A stretch of DNA of 18,908 nucleotides from Capsulimonadales bacterium (lineage in GTDB: Bacteria > Armatimonadota > Armatimonadia > Armatimonadales > Armatimonadaceae), in contig JANRLW010000019.1 in the NCBI GenBank assembly GCA_033762295.1, positions 1 to 18,908 of the forward strand, written 5' to 3'. The notes beneath the pieces were generated by a model that did no database searches, was not told where the DNA came from, and saw only the letters and a list, made by a program, of their open reading frames with translations. Below are positions 1 through 7,467 of the stretch, one piece after another; positions within the stretch are counted from its first letter, which is position 1; each line of letters begins with the position of its first letter. The position numbers and the translations under genes were made by a program.

Positions 1-1
1 C

Positions 2-1510
2 GCGACCGACGACGGCGCGGCACGCGCCGAATTCCTCCGCGCCATCCGACTCGCCCCACGGAACCCGGTGATGCACCAGCAGTACGGGCTGTTCCTGGCG
101 AACCGAAGCGCCACACCCGCGGACCGCCGGATTGCCGAGGAGGAAGCACGAACGGCACTGACTCTGGACCCGAAGGACGCGAACTCTCTGCTCCTGCTCG
201 GACGTTTGCTGCAAAGCTCGGGCCGATCCGCCGACGCCGTGGAACCGTTGACCGGGGCGGCATCGTTGCTTCCGGACGATCCGGCGCCCGCCAAAACCCT
301 CTTCGAAGCGTACAAAAGCTTGGGAAACGCGGCGGAAGCGGCGAAGTGGCAGACGATCTGGCACGAACGCCAGGACTACGTGAAGGAACGGCAGTCCCTC
401 CACTTCCAGCTGGGAGCGAAACCGGACTCCCGCGATCTCCATCGCAAGCTCGCCCGGCTTCTCGGACGGCATGGCGATGTCGAAGGCGCGGTCCGCAGCT
501 ATTCCGCCGCCCTGCGTCGCCCCCCGGACTCCGTACAGACCCTCACCGCCGCCGCGCGTGACCTGACCGCCGGAGGCTTTCCGGACCGCGCCCTGCCGCT
601 GGCCGAGCGTGCGACCGCGCTCGGACGGTACAGTCCCGAAGCCCATGAGGCGTATGCCGACGCCCTTTTGCAGAGTAATCGCGTCGATAAGGCGGTCGCC
701 CACTATAACCTGGTAACGAACTACCAGCCGAACCGGGCGAAGGAGCTTCAGGCCCGTGTCGATGCCTACGCCAGGGCGCACCCTCAGCCGATCCCCCCGG
801 CGGAAAAGGCGTACCGGGAAGCCCGTAGCCTGCTGATCGGACAGATCGGTCTGCGACGATCGCCGCAACGGGCACTGGAACTGGCGGAGGAGGCGAATCG
901 TCTGTCGCCCGGAAACGTCGCCTATATGCAATTGCTGCTGAAATTGCAATTCGGCGCACGAAAGACCGACGACGCCATCGAAACCGCCCGGAAAATCGCC
1001 AATCTGGCGCCCTATGATTCGCCGACCCAGGCGCTCCTCGGTGTCATGCTGGCGGAACGGGCCGCAACCCCGCAACAGCTTGCCGAGGCGGAATCCTACC
1101 TGCAGGTCGTGAAGAACGCGCCAACCGCCGCCGCGCAATACCATTACGGCATGGGACTGGTCGCCCTGCGGAAAAAGGACGGCGTCCGCGCAGCGAGGGA
1201 ACTGACTCAGGCGGCGCGTCTCGATCCTGACGCCGACATTACGTTCTATAAGCTGTCCCAGGCGGAGAACCTGGCCGGTCATCCGAAGGCTGCGGCCACA
1301 GCGCTCGCCGAGTACGAACGACGGCAGAAACTGCGACGGGAGGAGTTCGCGCTGCAGGGTGATGTCAGCCAGCGACCGAACGATCCCGCTCCGTACCGGA
1401 AACTCGCCGCATTCTACGAACGGCAGGGCCGCACCACCGAAGCGGCGTCGATGCGGTCCGTCATCCTGCGACGTTTCGGAACGAACGATCCGAAACCCCA
1501 ATCCAAATGA
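2..1510 (+). CDS. Tetratricopeptide-repeat (TPR) protein, 5'-truncated at window edge
   Basis: The frame is open from nt 2 (ATDDGAARAEFLRAIRLAPRNPVMHQQ...) to TGA at 1508-1510. It contains many Ala/Leu-rich helical repeats with TPR signatures (ALTLDPKDANSLLLLG, AARLDPDADITFYKLS, RPNDPAPYRKLAAFY). Confidence 0.85.
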   Translation, partial: ATDDGAARAEFLRAIRLAPRNPVMHQQYGLFLANRSATPADRRIAEEEARTALTLDPKDANSLLLLGRLLQSSGRSADAVEPLTGAASLLPDDPAPAKTLFEAYKSLGNAAEAAKWQTIWHERQDYVKERQSLHFQLGAKPDSRDLHRKLARLLGRHGDVEGAVRSYSAALRRPPDSVQTLTAAARDLTAGGFPDRALPLAERATALGRYSPEAHEAYADALLQSNRVDKAVAHYNLVTNYQPNRAKELQARVDAYARAHPQPIPPAEKAYREARSLLIGQIGLRRSPQRALELAEEANRLSPGNVAYMQLLLKLQFGARKTDDAIETARKIANLAPYDSPTQALLGVMLAERAATPQQLAEAESYLQVVKNAPTAAAQYHYGMGLVALRKKDGVRAARELTQAARLDPDADITFYKLSQAENLAGHPKAAATALAEYERRQKLRREEFALQGDVSQRPNDPAPYRKLAAFYERQGRTTEAASMRSVILRRFGTNDPKPQSK

Positions 1511-1532
1511 CTGAAGGAGTGAATTACCGACA

Positions 1533-1730
1533 ATGAAACAGAATATCGGACCGGCCGCCATCATCGGCGCGGTCGTCGTACTCGGCCTGATCCTGTTCGG
1601 GCTTTATCGTGTGACGCTGGCGCCGAAGGGACCGGACCCGGCCGCCGCCGCCGAGGAGCATAAGGACATGGCGGAGTTCTATCGGAATCAGGGCAAGGTC
1701 GACAGCAAGACCGGAAAACCGCTGCAGTAA
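1533..1730 (+). CDS. Small single-pass membrane protein (65 aa), unknown function
   Basis: AAGGAG at 1514-1519 upstream of the ATG (long spacing). N-terminal hydrophobic helix AAIIGAVVVLGLILFGLY followed by a polar tail. Starts 22 nt after the TPR gene. Confidence 0.75.
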   Translation: MKQNIGPAAIIGAVVVLGLILFGLYRVTLAPKGPDPAAAAEEHKDMAEFYRNQGKVDSKTGKPLQ

Positions 1731-1749
1731 AGGTCCGACCCGGAAACCG

Positions 1750-2897
1750 TCAAAGCGTCGGACGGAGCCGGAGGCGGGCGGTTCGAACCATCGCTGCCGC
1801 CGCCTCCGTCGTCTCCGCCAGAGCGGTCAGGTGGCCCATTTTGCGCCCCGGACGCGCCGTCGCTTTCCCGTACAGGTGGAGATGCACCTCGGGCATTTCC
1901 AGGACGGCGGACCAGTTCGGTTCGCCGTCCTCCCACAGATCCCCGAGAAGATTCGCCATCGCCGCCGCCCGACGCGGCCGGACCGCCCCGAGGGGCAGTC
2001 CGCAAACCGCCCGTAACTGCTGCTCGAACTGACTGCATGCACAGGCTTCGATCGTCCAGTGACCGGAGTTGTGCGGACGAGGCGCGAGTTCGTTGATCAG
2101 CAGTTCGCCCCCGGTAGTGACAAAATATTCGACGCACAGAACGCCGACCACATCCAGCGCCTCCAGGACGCCACGGGCGATCGTCTCCGCTTCCCGTTGC
2201 AGCGCCGCCGGAACCTCCGATTCCGCGACGGGCGCGACAGTCACGTCGAGAATATGGTGCGAATGGTCGTTACGTACGACCGGATACGCCACGAACGCCC
2301 CGTCGCTCCCCCGGGCCGCCACCACCGAGACCTCCACGGAAAAATCGACCAGTGCCTCCAGGACGCAGGGAACGCCGTTCATTCCCTCGAAAGCCGCCCT
2401 GGCCTCGGACGCATCGTTCACACGCCGTTGACCTTTACCGTCGTAACCGAATCCGGCCGTCTTCAGAATCGCCGGATACGAGAAACCATCGACATCCGCT
2501 CCGTTACGGACCTCGCGAAACGGGGTGACCGGAAACCCGTGTTGACGTAAAAACGTCTTCTCACGCAAGCGGTGCTGAGTCGTGTGGAGAACGGAACCGT
2601 GCGGCCGGACAGGAGCGAAACTCTCCGCCGCGCCGGTCGCCTCCGCTGCCACATTCTCAAACTCGAACGTTACCACGGCGACACTCCGGGCAAACGCGGC
2701 CACGGCGTCCGAATCGCCGTACTCTCCGGCCACGGGTTCCGCCCCGGCAAGCGCGGCCGGGGAACCGACGGCATCCGGAGCGTACGTTCGGACACGGTAA
2801 CCCATTCGAACCGCCGCCTGAGTGAGCATCCGGCCCAGTTGCCCGCTGCCCAGCACCCCGATGGTCGCGCCCGGAAGCAGAGGAGATCGAGAATCGT

Positions 2898-2901
<4 letters not shown>
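1750..2901 (-). CDS. purK: N5-carboxyaminoimidazole ribonucleotide synthase (ATP-grasp), 383 aa
   Basis: Motifs [72 protein letters not shown]. Start reassigned to the ATG at 2901 ([11 protein letters not shown]), which overlaps the purE stop (ATGA). Confidence 0.97.
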
Positions 2902-3461
<560 letters not shown>

Positions 3462-3520
3462 CGCTCCCGTTGTACCGCAATTCGGGAGGGATTTCCCTCT
3501 TCCTCACCCACCCTTCGTGT

Positions 3521-3549
3521 TTGCCGAATTGTTTTCCCCATCGTATTAT
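3521..3549 (+). promoter_or_regulatory. Sigma70-type promoter for the helicase gene
   Basis: TTGCCG (3521-3526), 17-nt spacer, TATTAT (3544-3549). The ATG lies 9 nt downstream at 3559 with no Shine-Dalgarno sequence. Confidence 0.65.
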
Positions 3550-3558
3550 GAAATCGGC

Positions 3559-5712
3559 ATGCCCCTCGCTCCGACCGCTCCGACGAACGCCCCCCTCGAC
3601 CTCGCCGCCGGTCTGAACCCCCGGCAGACGGAAGCGTTTCTGCACACCGGAGGTGCGGCTCTGGTCCTTGCCGGGGCGGGTTCGGGTAAGACGACCGTCC
3701 TGCTGCGGCGGGTGGCCCGACTGCTCGCCGAAGGGGTCGCGCCATCCCGCATTCTGGTCACCACCTTCACGAAACGGGCGGCTCAGGAGATGGAGGACCG
3801 CCTGGTCGCGCTTCTGGGCGAGGACGCCGTCGAAGGTCTCTGGATCGGGACGTTTCACTCCCATTGCCTGCGGATTCTGAAAAAGGAATGGGCGGAGTTA
3901 TTCGGCAAGGAAGGCCGGTTCGATATCGCGGATGAATCCTGGCAGAAACGCGTCTGCCGGGCGATTCTGGGCAAGCCGGACGACTACAAAAACCTCCCGT
4001 CCCCCCCGTTCGGCCAGAATATGAAAATGGACCCGAAGACCGCCCTGCTCGCCGTCTCCGCCGCCAAAAACAAAGGGTATTCCGCCGAGGAGGGCGAGAC
4101 GTCCCTGGCCCGCATCTACCCGGATTGGGAGGAACCCGCCGTCCGCAGCGTCGCTCGGTTCTGGCGTTGCTACGAACAGGCCAAGGGCAAGGAGTTCGAC
4201 CTGCTTTCAAAAGTCCCCGCCCGTCGGCTCGACTTCGATGACCTTCTGATTGAGGCCTATACTCTGCTGCGAGACCGGAAGGACGTCCGCCTGCGATACC
4301 AGGAGATGTTCGACTACCTTCTGGTCGACGAAACCCAGGATACCTCGGCGGTGCAATGGGAGTTTGCCGTACTTCTCTCCGAATGGCATGGCAATATCTT
4401 TCTCGTCGGCGATGTCGGTCAGAGCGTCTACGGTTTTCGCGGCTGCGATCCGAAAACGACCCTGATGGCTTTCAAAAAAGCCTACCCGCAGGGGGATATC
4501 ATCCGGCTTCCCGCCAACTATCGCTCCCATAAAGGCATCGTTACGGTCGCCAACGAACTGATCACCCACGCCGACCTCGACGAACGGTATCGTCTCCTGA
4601 TGGAGCCGACCCGCGAGGAGGGCGCGCCACCGGACCTGACCCAGCACATCGATGCGGACGCCGAGGCGGCCTCCGTCGTCGCGCGTATCCGGGAACGGAT
4701 TCAGGCAGGACGCCTCCAGTTTAAGGAGTTTGCCGTCCTGTACCGCACCAACGCCTACTCACGAGCCTTCGAGGACGCCCTCATTGCGGGCGGAATCCCT
4801 TATCGGATCACCGGAGGGACCGGCTTTTACAACCGCCGGGAAGTCCGTGACCTGCTCGCCTATCTCCAGTTATCGGTCGATCCGTACAGCCCCGCCGGTG
4901 ATGAGGCCGCCAAACGCGTGTTGAACATCGCCTCCAAAAAGTTTGGAAAAACGACGCGCGGCCTGGGCAAATCGTTCATCACGCAGGTCGAACAGCTGGC
5001 GGCCAAAAACCAATGGTCGTTCTACGAAGCCCTGAAGCGCGGCTCGTTCAAGACGGCACAGGACGTCGCCATTCTCGATTTTCGACGCCAGATTCAGGAG
5101 ATCCATGACGCCGGAGACTCCGCCACCGCGCGACTGGTGGCCGCGCGACAGTCCGGCTACGATGAGTACGTCATTGAGGAGGAGGGCGAGGCCGAGGATG
5201 AGGGCGAAGGTTCCTCCCGACTGGAAAACCTGGACGAACTCGTCGCCGCCGCCGGTCGGTTCTTTGCGCCGGAAGCGCTGCTCACCTTCGTCGCCGGACA
5301 GGTACGAAAGGCGAACGAATCGTCGCGGAATGTGGACGCCGTCCACCTGATGACGATCCATCGATCCAAAGGACTGGAATGGCCGTGCGTTTTCGTCGTC
5401 GGCTTCGCCATGAACCTGCTTCCGCATCATCGGAGCCTTCGGTACGCGGACGGAAAACTGTTGCCGGACTCGCTGGAGGAGGAGCGTCGCCTGGCCTATG
5501 TCGCCATTACCCGCGCCCGCGAGTTTTTCGCTCTTTCCTGGCCCCTCTACCACAACGGGAAAGCTCTGGGGCCGTCTCCGTTTCTCGACGAAATGCCCAC
5601 CCTGGGGCCTCTGGTGGAAGCCGCACGCCACACCGACGACTCGACCGGGGAGGAGACGGATTGGGACGAGACCGAGGAGTTCCACACCGACGACGGGGAG
5701 GACACCCCATGA
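3559..5712 (+). CDS. UvrD/PcrA/Rep-family (SF1A) ATP-dependent DNA helicase, 717 aa
   Basis: Q motif LNPRQ, I LAGAGSGKT, Ia TFTKRAAQEM, Ib IGTFHS, II VDETQD, III VGDVGQSVYGFRG, IV NYRS, IVa AVLYRTNA, V TIHRSKGLEW, VI EERRLAYVAITRAR. Start reassigned to 3559 because the longer ORF overlaps purE and the promoter. Confidence 0.95.
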   Translation: MPLAPTAPTNAPLDLAAGLNPRQTEAFLHTGGAALVLAGAGSGKTTVLLRRVARLLAEGVAPSRILVTTFTKRAAQEMEDRLVALLGEDAVEGLWIGTFHSHCLRILKKEWAELFGKEGRFDIADESWQKRVCRAILGKPDDYKNLPSPPFGQNMKMDPKTALLAVSAAKNKGYSAEEGETSLARIYPDWEEPAVRSVARFWRCYEQAKGKEFDLLSKVPARRLDFDDLLIEAYTLLRDRKDVRLRYQEMFDYLLVDETQDTSAVQWEFAVLLSEWHGNIFLVGDVGQSVYGFRGCDPKTTLMAFKKAYPQGDIIRLPANYRSHKGIVTVANELITHADLDERYRLLMEPTREEGAPPDLTQHIDADAEAASVVARIRERIQAGRLQFKEFAVLYRTNAYSRAFEDALIAGGIPYRITGGTGFYNRREVRDLLAYLQLSVDPYSPAGDEAAKRVLNIASKKFGKTTRGLGKSFITQVEQLAAKNQWSFYEALKRGSFKTAQDVAILDFRRQIQEIHDAGDSATARLVAARQSGYDEYVIEEEGEAEDEGEGSSRLENLDELVAAAGRFFAPEALLTFVAGQVRKANESSRNVDAVHLMTIHRSKGLEWPCVFVVGFAMNLLPHHRSLRYADGKLLPDSLEEERRLAYVAITRAREFFALSWPLYHNGKALGPSPFLDEMPTLGPLVEAARHTDDSTGEETDWDETEEFHTDDGEDTP

Positions 5713-5718
5713 ACGACG

Positions 5719-5750
5719 ACAGCCCCGGCCGATCGGCCGGGGCTGTTTTC
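5719..5750 (+). terminator. Intrinsic terminator hairpin between the helicase and the convergent small-gene operon (possibly bidirectional)
   Basis: Perfect 28-nt palindrome ACAGCCCCGGCC-GATC-GGCCGGGGCTGT (5719-5746) followed by TTTC, 6 nt after the helicase stop. Confidence 0.85.
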
Positions 5751-5768
5751 ACGTCGGGAATCCGCTTC

Positions 5769-6050
5769 CTACTCCTCTTCGGCGTCCGGTTCGATCTCCT
5801 CGAGTTCGAGTTCGTCGATCTCGATATCTTCGAGCGCCGGTTCGGCCTCGCCGTCTATCGGGGCGCGACCTTCCAGTTCGGAAGCGACCATATTGTTGTA
5901 GCTGGCTGCCGCCTTTTTCGCCGCGTTACTGACGAATTTGACGTTCACGGTGGCGTACCAGGCGGGAATCGCCGACAGCGGAACGCCGGTTTCCGCACAG
6001 CGGACCTCCTCGACGGGCCGCTCATCCTCGATCATGGTGGGAAGTGTCAT
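5769..6050 (-). CDS. Small acidic hypothetical protein (93 aa)
   Basis: GGAG 7 nt before the ATG. Compact N-terminal segment (VRCAETGVPLSAIPAWYATVNVKFVSNAAKK) plus an acidic tail (15 D/E in the last 26 aa). Fills the gap between the terminator and the upstream small gene. Confidence 0.85.
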   Translation of the reverse strand: MTLPTMIEDERPVEEVRCAETGVPLSAIPAWYATVNVKFVSNAAKKAAASYNNMVASELEGRAPIDGEAEPALEDIEIDELELEEIEPDAEEE

Positions 6051-6100
6051 GGTTAGGCTCCGGAATGGCTCCGGCGGTTCGGCAACGGAGCGATTCGCGA

Positions 6101-6328
6101 TCAGTTTTTAGCGGGTCCTTTGGTCACGGGCGCGGGGACGGCGGTGCTCGGAAGCATCCCGTTGATCAGCATCAGGACACCGGCGACCACATAGATGATC
6201 CATTCCTTACCGGTCGCCGCACGACCGGGATCGAAGACCATTTTGCCGCCGCTCAACGCGCCCAGAACTCCGACCGCCAGAAGAGCGACCGCCAGAAGAT
6301 TGAAAGAGTTCCACCAACGCACATTCAT
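6101..6328 (-). CDS. Small membrane protein with two predicted TM helices (75 aa)
   Basis: Start reassigned to the ATG at 6328 (MNVRWWNSF...), which is preceded by AGGAG. Hydrophobic segments LLAVALLAVGVLGALS and WIIYVVAGVLMLINGML. Confidence 0.8.
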   Translation of the reverse strand: MNVRWWNSFNLLAVALLAVGVLGALSGGKMVFDPGRAATGKEWIIYVVAGVLMLINGMLPSTAVPAPVTKGPAKN

Positions 6329-6419
6329 AACCACCGCTCCTGCATTCCAAAGGTGATCGAGGAAGGCTCCCTCGATCGTATCGCCTCCGTGCCGGTTACC
6401 GGAACGGACAACAAAACTG

Positions 6420-6449
6420 ATTGTATCACAGAGAGGGAACACAAAGCAA
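6420..6449 (-). promoter_or_regulatory. Sigma70-type promoter with extended -10 driving the two small minus-strand genes
   Basis: The minus strand reads TTGCTT, 18 nt, TACAAT, with TGTGA directly before the -10 (TRTG-type extension). Confidence 0.7.
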
Positions 6450-6512
6450 GATGCCGAAACCTCCTACAGGGCTCCGTCCCTCCGATCGTCCACCCATCCA
6501 CGAGGTTCCATC

Positions 6513-7415
6513 ATGATCGTTTCCTCCCGTGCGCCCGTCCGTATCGACTTCGGCGGCGCGTGGACCGATGTCAACATCTTCGCCCATGCCGCAGGGGGCG
6601 CGGTCCTGAACGCCACCATCAACCGATATGTGGCCGGACAACTGGTGTTCCCGGAGGCTGGGCAAGCTGTTCCCGCCCGCGAAGGGCTCAACGTGTCCTA
6701 CGGATTCGACCTGCCGTCCGGTTCCGGCCTCGGCACCTCGGCCTCGCTGAACGTCGTCTGGCTTTCACTGATCAAGCATACGCTGATTACCGAGACCGAT
6801 CGACGCCGGATCGCCGAACTGGCGTACCAGCTGGAGGAGATTCTCGGAATCCTGGGAGGAAAACAGGATCAGTACGCTGCGGCGCTCGGAGGCTTCAACC
6901 TGATGCGATTCGACGCGGAGGGGGTTTCCGTCGAACGTCTCCCCGTCCCGGAGGAAACCGTCCGCGCCCTGGAGTCTCGAAGCGTCCTCTGCTACACCGG
7001 GAAGCCGCGCCTGTCCGGAACGATTCACGAAAACGTCTGGGGGGCGTTCCGCCAGGGACGCCGGGAAACGGTCTCGTCGTTGTATGCCCTGCGGGACGTC
7101 GCGCTGAAAATGGCCCCGGTCCTCGTCGCCGGGGACCTGGAAACCTTCGCCGCCATGCTGTCCGAGAACTGGGAGTACCAGAAACGGCTCGATAATTCCG
7201 TGACCAACGAGCAGATCGACGAACTGTTCCGCATCGCTCAGGACGCCGGCGCCATCGGAGGAAAAGCCTGCGGAGCGGGTGGCGGCGGTTGCCTCTACTT
7301 TGTCACCCGACCGGAACGACGGGATGAGGTGGTGGCCGCGCTGGCACAGGCCGGGGCCCGTCCGATCGATTTCGCCTTCGAATTCGAGGGGCTGACCGTT
7401 CGGATCGAAAGTTAG
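6513..7415 (+). CDS. GHMP-family sugar kinase (HddA heptose-7-phosphate kinase / fucokinase-like), 300 aa
   Basis: RAPVRIDFGGAWTD, ATP-binding loop DLPSGSGLGTSAS, GGKQDQYAAALGGFN, C-terminal GGKACGAGGGG. GAGG ribosome-binding site at 6502-6505. Confidence 0.9.
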   Translation: MIVSSRAPVRIDFGGAWTDVNIFAHAAGGAVLNATINRYVAGQLVFPEAGQAVPAREGLNVSYGFDLPSGSGLGTSASLNVVWLSLIKHTLITETDRRRIAELAYQLEEILGILGGKQDQYAAALGGFNLMRFDAEGVSVERLPVPEETVRALESRSVLCYTGKPRLSGTIHENVWGAFRQGRRETVSSLYALRDVALKMAPVLVAGDLETFAAMLSENWEYQKRLDNSVTNEQIDELFRIAQDAGAIGGKACGAGGGGCLYFVTRPERRDEVVAALAQAGARPIDFAFEFEGLTVRIES

Positions 7416-7467
7416 GGGTTCTCCGTCTTTTCCGGCCCGCTTTCTGCGGATATACTGGAGTACCGCT

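Noticed and set aside
3559..5712. Helicase as part of an anti-phage system such as Gabija (GajB)
   Set aside because: No adjacent OLD/TOPRIM nuclease or other defence genes. The protein is full PcrA length and sits among housekeeping genes.
6044..7195. 383-aa plus-strand ORF
   Set aside because: Arg-rich off-frame shadow overlapping the small membrane gene and the GHMP kinase, with no recognisable motif.
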